From Podarcis tiliguerta (taxonomy: Eukaryota), in NCBI GenBank assembly GCA_965153285.1, contig OZ229116.1: DNA of 64,000 nucleotides; one strand, given 5' to 3'. Within the stretch, counting starts at the first letter, position 1. Each line of letters begins with the position of its first letter. A program made the position numbers and the translations under genes. Shown here piece by piece: positions 47,073 through 59,000 of the stretch. The notes under the pieces were generated by a model. It worked only from the letters and a program-made list of their open reading frames with translations. It was not told where the DNA came from and did no database searches.

Positions 47073-47585
47073 AGTTTTACTCATCAATGGTCATGGACTA
47101 CATGGAATCCGCAGAAATGACTGGCAGAATCAGAGACCAGGGAGAAGAGACGGTGGAAGAAGATTGGAAGAAATTTAAAGACTATTTACAGAAACACTAC
47201 AAGATTAATGAATGTTAAAATAACACCAGATTGAATGTATAAGGTTATTGGAGTAAAATTTTAAGGATCAGAAGACCCAACATCTTAAGTTCTAAGCATT
47301 GAATAAGCTATATTAAGACATTTAAATCAGAAAGGAGGTTAATTATGACAGAGGGAAGGGATTTGTTGTTTAATTGTATGAATTGGAATACAGGGAAGGG
47401 AGACTCGGGGAAGTCAGAGAAGCAAGTTAATGCAAGATCAATATGAAGATAAGATTGCTTTTATTTCTGTTGTTTGTAGTATGTTATGTTTGTGTATTGT
47501 TTGTTGCTTTTGTTTTGCTTTGTCGTCTTTTATGCAAAATCGAATAAAATATTTAAAAAAAAAAAAAAAGTTTTACTCATCAATG
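47073..47585 (+). mobile_element. Young 5'-truncated L1-like insertion with poly(A) tail and 17-bp TSD
   Basis: AGTTTTACTCATCAATG at 47073-47089 and 47569-47585; ORF2 end (EEDWKKFKDYL), AATAAA, A-tail. Confidence 0.85.
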
Positions 47586-48449
47586 CAGCCCATGAATCAG
47601 AACGATTTGACCCTATAAATTGTAAGTTACATAGTGAATACCATTGGTTGACAAGGCTTCCAAATAATTCTCATTTATTGTGAGGGATGATAACTGTTAA
47701 GTTACTTATGTGGCCCACCCCTGCATCACCAAACTACTGCTTTTTCACAATAATCTTTTGACACAGTAGCCAGGATCTAAATAATGGTTATCAGCCCTTA
47801 AAAATGGCTATCTTTGTATCTACACTAACAAATGAAGCTAAAAGACCTACATTCATGGCTGCTACTTTGTTTCCCTTTTCCACAAATCCAAACCTGATGA
47901 GACTCTGCATTTCATCTGATGTTTGGATTGGCTTGCTTTGGGCCACAGTGTTGGTTAAAATAAGGTAAGTTTCATATATGATTGAAGGCTAGGAAAATGT
48001 CTAGCTTTTCAGAACTTTCTACAACGTGTGTAATAGATTTTGGTATTCTGAATGGCCTGAAAGTACCTTGACCACCTGGGGTGTTGTCATCTTGTCCCCA
48101 ATTAAGACTTTTCTGGTAATCATCAAGTGTGGTGGACTACAGTTTATGGCAAAATATTTGTCTTCTATGGACCCTAGAAGTGTCTCCACTATTTGCGGGG
48201 GGTATACTTTGAATCTGCAACTCTGTTCAGTTTTGTTAAGTGTCTCTTTTAAAAATGTTACCCTAGCTGTGAGGGAATTGCTTTTCTGTAAGCACATGGA
48301 GTGCACCTGGGAACCCTAACCCATAGAATCAGCATTCCCCCAGAATATGGAGTCTGAGGTTAGCATCCATGCAATTCCAGCCCATCTGTATGGTTAAGTA
48401 ATGAAAAGGGGCATGGCTAGGTAACATTTAAGGAGCACCTCAGACAATA

Positions 48450-48850
48450 GTGTGTCGTAATTTGGTGGGGTGGAGGTTAGGCTGTATGCCAAAGTCCCTT
48501 CTAATTCCTAGACAAAGCATGAATTCAATTGTTGGAATAGCCAGGCCAGCTTCTTGGTGAGTTAATGCCCCCCTTAGGGTAAAAAAGTTAAGTGGCTTTG
48601 TGCCAGAAGGCAAATGAGTGGGCCCCTCTCCAGCTGTTGGTGAGAAGGACAGAGGCAGAGTTGTGTGAGAGAGAGCTAGAAGCTGGAGGCAGGTTTCTGG
48701 CCTGAGAAGGAAAACCATGCTTGATTTCTGCTTGAGTTCAAGGCTGTGGCTATGGGAGAAGCAAGACCTTCTGGGGTGCTGTAGGCTCAGGGCTGTATAT
48801 GGGTGTAAGCAATCCATAATCATTCCAAGGAATCCAAACCCTGGGAAACC
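48450..48850 (+). mobile_element. LTR-like interspersed repeat, family A
   Basis: Second copy of 10620-11030. Confidence 0.55.
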
Positions 48851-50124
48851 ACCTGCCGCCCCTGGAATCTTGCAGTGCTTGAAGATTAGGGTGGTGTGCA
48901 AATGTCCAGTCTTCCTAGTTCTGTGCAAGATCCTAGCCATTTTGATGCCTTCATGAGTGAGTGAATCCATCAGAGCATTTTATATATTTATATATCTATA
49001 AGAACAGATTTCTCATAAAGTATTTACACCATTTCAAGTATTTATGTACAAATGTGCACTTTAATTCTTACAAAATATATTTACAGTTAACTGCATCAAT
49101 GAAAAACACTTAGGCATTATTTAATCAATATATATGTATGTCATATTAGTCTGTTACAACAACTGAATACAGCATGGAACAAAATAGGAAGGCAATCTCT
49201 TATTAGGAGCTGCTGGTTTTGGCTTTACTACTTTCCCTCACTAAAAATTTGCACCTTATCTTCAAGCTGCTCTATCAGTGTAAAATATGCTGTTATTAAT
49301 AATTCTACTGAAGTCCTCAGAACTGTAAAATGATATAGTACTATTTGTCAAACATTAACTGTAGCTTCTCTTTTTGAACTCTGATCTGTATTATGACATT
49401 TCAGAAAGTAAACAGTTGTTTGCTCTCCCTCATTGGCATTGCAACATCTAAATGATCATGAAAACTCTGGCCTGCCCTTTGAAAGCATAGTCACAAGATG
49501 CTCTGAGCTTTGGTCATTTTTTTTTACAAAAAAAAAAAAAAAACTTAAGACAAGAGGCTTCTTAGTAAGTTTTGCTGCAAAAGAAACAGGCAGTAAAAAA
49601 TAATTTTTAATATTCAAAAGAGTGACAGTGTTATTTTTCTCAATGTAATGTAGCTCTTTAAACAATATAATTAGGCAAGGCAAAATCCATTTCTAATTTT
49701 GATGACAAATTTGAAGGTACATTGAAAATAAATCTTTTTGATGGCTAATTTGGAAGATAAATTTTCTCAGCCTTTAATGTTTTGAAAATTTGGTAGTGGA
49801 TTAGGTTATATAAATCAAGTCGAGGTTATCTGTAAAATGCTACTTTGTATCATAACTCACTAATAGCAAAAAAAATATGTTTGACTACTCAAACAAGTCC
49901 TGCTGAGTCCAATGGGACTTACTTCCAGGTAAGTATTGTTACATTGCAACCTAAAACACCAGTGGATGTTGTAGAAACAGACCTTGAGGTGTGTTTTATG
50001 CTGCATTAATTATTTTGCTCATCTTTATATTGCATTGATACCACACCAAATTCATGTGCTTAATTGATCCTCATTTAGGCCCTATTCACTTTTCAGCCTT
50101 TATTGGATACCACCTAAGACAAGC

Positions 50125-50253
50125 TTAGGAAACCATTGGCCCTCCAGATATTGCTGAACTACAACTCCTATCAGTCCCAGCAAACACGGCCAATGGCTAG
50201 GAATGATGGGAGTATTCAGCAACATCTGGAAGGTCAAATGTTTCCTATCCCTG
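50125..50253. mobile_element. Palindromic hAT-like MITE in the RNF125 3'UTR region
   Basis: cctccagatattgctgaact..ctcctatca / tgatgggagtattcagcaacatctggaagg inverted arms. Confidence 0.7.
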
Positions 50254-50695
50254 CTCAAGTTTTTAGCATAAATGTTTCCCAGAAACTAAGTGAATGCAGT
50301 TAGAAATCAGGTGCAGCTCTCACATGGCTGTGCACTCCTGAGAATTCTTGATGTAGTGACATCCTGAGAAGAGGAAAAATACTTATAAGCAGTAGCAGCC
50401 CATCCAGAAAGATGGCCCTAACTGCTTCTAATCAGTGCACATTGCAGGAAGAATCCTTGGTGTGCTCAGCTCAGTAGGTCACAACAAGATTACCTTCTCA
50501 GAAGGTCATAACCATTCAAGATTGTCATGCTTATACAATATAACAAAATAATGAATTTTGACAATGCTAAAAATAATTTGTTATTAGGGAGGCTGAACTA
50601 TAATCCTAAAGAAGTTGACAACAATACTTTACAAGCAACATTTTAATTCACAGTGTAGCGAATCCATTTGGTATATCTTCCAAACTTTGATCAGA

Positions 50696-50788
50696 TTACG
50701 CCGTATTTGGATTAGGCACATGCATATACTCTATTAATGACCGATCTAGAACTCTTTCAACAAGAGCTTCTTCCACTATACTTATATC
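50696..50788 (-). CDS. RNF125: RNF125 last coding exon (UIM, stop)
   Basis: [30 protein letters not shown]. Confidence 0.93.
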   Translation of the reverse strand, partial: DISIVEEALVERVLDRSLIEYMHVPNPNTA

Positions 50789-53017
50789 CTGAAATAAGAA
50801 GAGAAGATAGTCAGACATGCAAGCAAAGCAAAAACAAAACAAAATCCTGCTTAGCAATAAAAATAGTCCTATTAGGCTGCAACCGTAGTTGAACCGTTAT
50901 TTAGACCAACACCAATGAGACCATAAGCACCAATCTTAATGATATCTAGCATCATCTCCTCTTGAGCCTTCCGTATCTACCATCCAAATTTAGATTTTCC
51001 TGCACTAACATTTCCAAGGAAAGCGAAACCATATTTGGATACAATTTCTGATTAACAATAAATGTTTGCAAAGAGGGGCAGAATGTCAGTGAGATGTTTA
51101 CTTCTAGTGCCCTTAAGTGCTAGTTTTTCAAGAGTGAATAGACATCAGGCATAAGGGCAACTGTATCAGCCCACTTCCAGCTTTCTACCCATTGAGAAAT
51201 TTGCACCACCAGGACAAATTCTGCTAACATAACAGCAAGACAGTCTGAGATGTTTGTTTCTAGTGTTTATGTGATACCACCAATGATCTAAGACAAGAGG
51301 TTCTCTAGTGAATCACAGTACAAGAAAATCAGGGTTGGGCTAAGTGAATTATTATCCCATGCAATTATACTCTATGAATACAACTATAATATTCTTATTA
51401 CACAAGATGATTTCCTTTCTTGCAGAAATAGGTAAACAAGAAAAACAGAATGATTTGTCTAAGTTAGCATGGTTGCTTAATTTTTGTACTATGCTCCATT
51501 TTATGTTTCATTGTATTTAATGTCATTTATTTCTATATTGGATTCCCCCTATCATATACTACTTACTGGAGCTTATCTGGAAGTGAGAGACTACAGCTCT
51601 AGACCTCTGGCTCTAATGTTTGCCCTAAACTATTAAGAACAATGCCTCTCACTTGCTCCCCCACACCCAAACTTGGTCCCCTAATTTTCTGGGAAACCTG
51701 TTGCAGTTATTTCAAAAGCATACTCAAACTGGGGTGGGTGGGGAAGGATTAGATCAGAAAGAGAGATTGGAACAACTCCTTCACTAATTCTTGGACTGGT
51801 ATTCAGGAAGTTAGGCTTCTCTGCATGAGTGTAGCACCTTTGAGCTATTTGATTATTTCTCCACTGAAGTTTCTTAAGGCTTTGTAACCTTTCTAATTCC
51901 CCAGCCATGACATTCTTGCAATCTACATATGTCCTCATATGACTTATCAAGGAGATATGGGGGAGGTGGAAGTTGTAAATAAATGACTCTTAGCAGGGGG
52001 TTAGGAAAAACAACCAGGCAATTTACTCACTATATAGTCTTCATAATAGAACGTATGTCTGAGCTGAAGGTGCCTTAAGAAATTCCTGCTGCAATAACTT
52101 GAACCACCACCAGGTGATAAGCGACAAATCGGACAGTACTGTAAATAGTTCAAGGGGGGAAAATAAATGCACTAAAAAAGAAAGTGTTTTCACAGTAGCA
52201 AAAGAAATGATTATTGCTAAAGAAAGCAAAATCTCCACATCCTGAGTGACTAAAAATATATTAACTGATGTTTGTTACCAGTAAATTCAGATAATTCCTT
52301 GTTCTGTTTTGTATACAACTAATAAAATGCCTTGTAAACCAGTCTCTTATGCTTAGATGTTGTTGGTTTGCCTTGGGGGGGGGGGGTTTGCATAAATGAG
52401 GTACACATTCCTAGCTATGGAGTGCTTTTCTCCCCTTGTGTGCTCTTTTTATGCTATCTGACAGAGCTGGACCAGGAGGAGATCATGGAACTGACTGATG
52501 CTAAAAGGTTGAGTAACAGCAGCAGGGTCACAATCTCCCTTTCCCTCTCCCAGTTAATCCATCAGGGCAACTAAGGCTGATTTATTCTTGAAACCAATCC
52601 TGAGGCCAGACTGAAATGGGTCAAGAAAACTGATATCTTCCAATAATGCCTATAGTTGCACTGACACTACTCTCTTGATCACCTTACCCAAGAGAGTATT
52701 AGCAACTGGTCAATAATTATCCAAAGTTGTCTTCTTTAGGATAGATTGTATCAGAGCTTCTTTTAAAGCCAGAGGCACCACTCCTCCTTGTAATGAGACA
52801 TTCACTACTGTCTGAACCAACATAGTCACGTAGTCAACCTCTCTGGCTAGCTTTAATCAATGAAGATGGCGTCAACTGAAACTGATCCCATAAAACTTGG
52901 TGACATGGAATACTGGAAACATCATCTGGATGTAATAGCAGCAAAGTCATATATTTTCATTTATCATATTTATTTGTCACTTACTACATAGAATGCCTTG
53001 AAGGAACTATCTATATC

Positions 53018-53052
<35 letters not shown>

Positions 53053-56000
53053 ATCACCTATTAGTTGACCATAAATATGCATATTCTAGTTTATGCTGCT
53101 ACCTAATATTTCAAACAGTCAGTCAATTGATTTAAACAACAATGCGGTTTGAACCTAAAAAAAATAAGGTGTTTACCACGGCTCTCCTGTCAGATCTGTG
53201 GAAAGTGAGAAAATGATCCAGAAAATCTTCTTCATCCAATGAATACTGGCAGAAAGGGCACGGATATCTGAAATCACATAAGGTACTATTTATATATTAG
53301 CTGCATTTTTACATTTTACAGATGGTGTAGTACTTGCATATTAAAAGCCAATATATTCTAGAGCTGGCAACTGAACTGGATGGTGAGCCACTTTGCTAAA
53401 TAGGATTCTGCATCAAGCCTCTCTCTACTGGAGATGGGATGGGGACATGATGCGAGTAAAGACTGTAGGCATAAAGATATGGTTAAATATTGTGAACAGA
53501 GAACACTATGCTTTGCACAGTGCCTTCCTGTCTAACACATACAACAGAAATGGTTTAATTGTTTCTCCAAAATTAACCCCCCCACACCCACACAGCACAA
53601 TCAAGGATGCCAACAGTTTCTTCAAAGGTTGCTGAACATTGGAATTGGTCACCAGAATTACATTACAATAGTAGTCCTGCCCATGCACTGAATTGATATA
53701 AGTATTTGAAGCAAAATTCAAGGTACTTGTTTGACCTTAAAAGTGTGAATACATGTATAGCATTACCTATTTTCTGCAGCTGCAGAATTCCCTTGCCTCT
53801 GCCTAAGTTCAAAGTATGAGAATCTTACAGAAGTTCCACAAAGCCTTTTTGTTGACCTGGCATCAGTAGTTAAGATTTAAATTAGTATCTGCTAAATGAT
53901 CTATGTTTGGTTTATTTAAAATGGTGAGTTATAATTTGATTTTAAACTGTATCATCATTCACCCTAAGTCACTTGGGTAAGGGAAGGCTAAGATTGTGAA
54001 AGAATATATATATAAACCAAGCTGAGAGTAGATTCTCCCACCATTATTTTATTAAGGTACACTTTACCTTGTGTCTGGGTATGCAACTTCCTGTAGGGGC
54101 CCATATTTCTCTATATATTGGTCACAAGTTCTCAGATGAGCTCGCATTTCACTGAGGAGCACCTAGATTCATTTTAAGAAACATTGTGTCAGTATTTTGC
54201 TGTACAGAATGCTATTCACTAGCAGACTAGCCCTAAAGCTTGTTTAGTAGACAGAAGTAGGTCACATTTAATTCCAACAAAATATGCTTAGGATTGTAGT
54301 TGGGTTGCCCAAACTCTCCAAGCGGAAGTGCCTTGTATTTCTTCATTCTAAACTACATGAAGTGATTCAATATGTTAAAATTCAACATTTACAGGTTAAA
54401 TTGTTAAAAGGGAAAGTGATGGTTACCATAGTTTTCCTAAAGGTAAAGGATGCAAATGTAAGATCACAGGATTTGTTAAATTGGGGATAATGTACATTGA
54501 GAATTCTATAGGCGTTGCTCCCAAGTAAATGTGCTTAGGGTTGCTAACTTCAAATCCCCATGCATTTCAGAATGCTTAAATCTATGAGGCAGAAAATTAT
54601 GGAATGCCAATATTTATTTACCTGTGTTCCACATTCGGCACAATTTTGGTGTCTATTTTTCATCATCTTGGTAATATCAGTTGCTGGGATCCCTTCAGAA
54701 GGAAGAAATGCCCGGCAGTAGGGACATGTCCATGTGTTATTCCTTAGACTTGCTGCAATACAGGAGTGGCAAAATCTAACGGAGAGATAAAAATAAATAC
54801 TGTTTCCAAACAAACCACCACTTTAAAGAAAGCAATTTGAAAAGTCACAGTTATGATCACTAGTGAACATGACCTTATAGGAAGATTGGTTTCTACATCA
54901 GTTCTTGTGTTAATCATTTTGTTTACTTGAGAATCCCAATCTACAGGACCACTGATAAAGTGAGGCTACAGAAGATAGTGTGTTCTGTTATGGGGATATC
55001 TGCGCATTAGCTAAAGTTACTCATTAACATGCAAGCGCCTGCAAACTCTCCCAAGTATTAGTAAAGCACTATGGGAGAGATCAAGCACTTCGAGCAAACA
55101 AAAAAAAAAAAGAGAGGTACCATCCAGCCAAAGGTTAAGCACTTTAATGTCCTGCTGAATTTAATGGAGAAGAGTAAATAAAAGGCATTTTTACTCATTT
55201 ACTGAAATCAATGGAACTCACAAGTGCTTAACATCGGCTGAGCTGTGCCTGTAGCTGTTTCACTGCAAATATTTGTGCAAGATTCTGTTGTGCTAACCTG
55301 ATTCACATACATACAAATAAAAAAGACACAGGAATAAATTGAGCATGTGCAGAGTATCATAATCCTTGGTTTGAAAGAGTAGTCGTCAGATACATCTTCA
55401 GTGATTATTCCCAGCTTCAGTCAGACATAAAGAGTACATGAAAATAAAGGTAGAGGACAGAAAGTTGAAGCCAATTACTTATTCATGAAATTATTGCACA
55501 AATGACGGGATGAAATCCAGTCTTTTGGATATAATCACATTGCGATGGCTATAACACCATGCACACAAGAGCTGACAGGGATATGTTTGAAAAGTGGCAG
55601 ACTGCCAGGAGTGTCCACATGGCTCTGGAGATAATGCCGGGAAAATGACTAAAGCTTTTACTGATGTTGTGTCTAAGCCTACTGTAACAAGCCTGAGCCC
55701 TTAAAAAAAAACCAAAAAACCTTTGGGGCTTCCGTCACCCCCACAGACTTTCCTACCTCTGTGCAAGCTTAAACTGCAACAAAGTGTGTGGAAATACAGT
55801 GGAACCTCAGTTTGCGACGTAATCCACGTGGGAGGCACATTCGCAACCTTGCGATTTGGCGCTTATGCGCAAAGCGTGATTTAGCGGTTCTGTGCGTGCA
55901 CTGTAACCCGTTCCAGTACTTCCAGGTTCAGTGTGGTGCACAACCCGAAAACGCATAACCTGAAGCGTTTGTAACCCGAGGTACCACTGTAGCCTTGAAT

Positions 56001-59000
56001 ATTGAACAAAGTGTGTGACTAAGGAACTACACCAAATCTGTTAGGTTGATCTGGGAAGTGCTGACATCAATGAACTAAGGGGTTCTTAGCAGTGCTCAAT
56101 CAATACATAGTTCTGGGAAATGCTCTTTTTTAAAGAAGTTGGTTGCGTTAGTACCACATAAGCTTCCCTGAAATATACCTAATAAATAAAATGTTCGTGC
56201 ATATTTGGCAGGTGGAGAAGATAAAAGGTGAGCTAGCTGTGGAGCAGCATTAGTTCCCTTACTCCCAGCACCAATAGCAGCAGACGCTAATTAAACAGGA
56301 GCCTGAACAGTGCTTGGTGTGCCTTTTTTTTTTACTGAAAACTAATCTAGGCTGGTGGCATTGCCTGTCAGCTTCGTCCTCTGCCTCAGTGCTGCTCTTG
56401 TAGAATTCAGAAGGAGGATGGGGACAAAACTAGAACTAGTTCTGCCCATTACAGTGGTACCTCGGGTTGCAAACACCTCAGTTACAAACACTTTGGGTTA
56501 CAAACACTTCAGGTTACAGACTCTGCTAACCCAGAAGTAGTACCTTGGGTTAAGAACTTTACCTCAGGATGAGAACAGAAATCGTGTGCCGGTGACATAG
56601 CGGCAGCGGCAGGCCCCATTAGCTAAAGTAGTACCTCAAGTTAAGAACAGTTTCAGGTTAAGAACGTACCTCCGGAATGAATTAAGTTCTTAACCAGAGG
56701 TACCACTGTATTGGCTCTGGCTCCACCTGCTGTTGGCCTCCCTTGTCTTCCAAGCACTTTGAGCACCAGGGCATCACTGCTCTGACCCATCCATCTACTG
56801 TATTTTTTGCACCATAACACTCACTTTTTTCCTCCTAGAAAGTAAGGGGAAATGTCTGTGCGTGTTATGGAGGAAATGCCTACGGGTGGCATGCCTACAG
56901 TTTTTCCTCCTCTAAAAACTATGTGCGTGTTATGGTCAGGTGCGTGTTATAGAGCGAAAAATATGGTATTTTGGCACATCACCTGTCCCTTTCTGTGCCC
57001 TATCTCTGTCTCTCTCTCCTGCCACTGTACCTTTTGCTCCTCCATGACATATGCCTTGTTTGTGGCAACCCAGTTTCATCAAAATGCAACACAATTATTA
57101 CTGCAGCCAGCAAAACCAATATGTGCAAAACAGTTCTGCATTTTCGCCAATATGAGACCTATTCTTAACCAGAATGAGACCTATTCTTAACCAGTTGCCT
57201 TGAGGGGAAAGGCTGTTTCTCCTAGAAGACCATATGATATGCATGCCAGGTTCAATCTCTGCTGTCTTCAGGCAAGGTTGGGAAAGATTTCTGCCAGAAA
57301 CAGAGAGCTGCTGCCACTCCATATCAGCAATACAGGACTGGAAGGCCCAATGGTTTGACTCAGCATAAGGCTGTTTTCCTATGATCAGAAGTTGGTTCAA
57401 TTTACTTCCATAAAAAGTTTGCAACAATGTGACTTAATTCATCCTTCATGTACAACAAAGGTAGGAAGAACAGGTAAAAGGGCTGCATTATTTTAGCCAT
57501 TTAGCCATGGGCACAGCCAAGAAAAGGCAGGGAGGGGCAGTTACCCCCCATCAAGCAAATCAATACAAAATACTTAACTAACTGAGGTTGCCCCTCCCAA
57601 CATAAAGCCTGCCCTCCAACATAAATCCTGGCTACGCCCATGCTTTTAACTGAATAACAGTCTTGTGTTTTCACCCTACTGTCTACATTATAGAAAAGTT
57701 GTGTTGTTAAGTTATACAGCAGAATAACATGTTGGATCTGTGATGAAAGTTTCAAAGGTTAGTTTCAGTGCAACCCTGACCAGGCCTATTCAGAATTAAG
57801 TCCTAATTATTCAGTGGAGTTACTCCCAAGTAAGTGAAGTTGGACTGCAGCTTAAAACTTTTTTAAAAAAATTATTTCTCTTATCTTTAATCTGAATGTA
57901 AAACATGTATTTCATTTACATGAAACAGCTTCATTCTGTTCCACTTTCTAATCCATAAAACATTTGGTGAGTAATGTCTTCCAAACTGAAAAGGTGTTTT
58001 TAGCATCACTCTTGAAAAACCTTAGAAACTGAATCCTATGTACTGTATTGGCCCAAATATAAGCCGCACCTGAATATAAAGCCACGCCTTTAAAATTCAA
58101 GGGGGAAAAGACAATACCCGAATAAATACCTGAATAAATGTGTCCCTAAGTAGATCCTGGGAAATGTAGTTTCTCCCAAGGGGCATTTCAGTAGTTTCCC
58201 TGTGGGCTTCTTGGACCAGAGGGAGGTGCAAAGAGACCTCTTTCTCTTCCCTGCTCCTGTTTCCCCTCAAATTAAGAGTGTCAGCAGCAGCAGCCAGGCA
58301 TGTGGGGCAGGAAAAAGGGTAGGTGAGTGGGTGGGAAGGAAGGAAGGAAGGAAGGAAGGAGGTATTTGGAGGAGCAGGGGGCAGGCAAGGAGGCTTATGG
58401 GGAGATAGGGGAGGGAGGCTTGAGGATTAGGGCTGCTGCTGGTGGCCTCTAGTCCAAATTCAGACTGGCTCAAAAACAAGCCAAGTTCTTTTTTCACTTT
58501 TGCAGACGGGATGAGGAATAGAATGGCTTATTTCTGATCCAACCCTGTTTGAGGAGTTGGGGGTCACCCATCACTGCTTTGCAACCTATGGTCAGGCCAT
58601 AACCGTAGGGCTACATTCACATTGAACAAACACAGATATCTGTGCCTTCGAAACACGAAAAAATGTTGTGCTTAAAATACTTGTGTTGGCTTCAGGGCAA
58701 GTCCCATGGTCTGCAACTGACCTGTGCTTGGGGGAAGGCTTGGGAGCGGTGGGCGGGCTGCGTGCCCTTGCCCCGCACTCCCGGGCTGCTTCCTGTGGGA
58801 GGGAGCCGTGCCGCTTTGCTGGTGGCCTCCCCCCTTCCCCCCCTGACAGCTAGAGGGGTGCTGGGAGTGGCAGGAGGGCTGTGTGCCATGGCCCACATTC
58901 CCAGGCTGCTTGGGGGTGGAGAGCCATGCCGCTTTGCTGGTGGCGTAAGGTTGTGAATTTAAGCCGCACTTTAACTTTTCACTGTCAGAATTTGGGCGGA

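Noticed and set aside
48440-48970. 176-aa ORF, and the similar 172-aa ORF at 10621-11139
   Set aside because: Both lie in copies of an LTR-like repeat, with no conserved frame or protein motif.
57152-57194. 22-bp tandem duplication
   Set aside because: Simple intronic slippage with no further structure.
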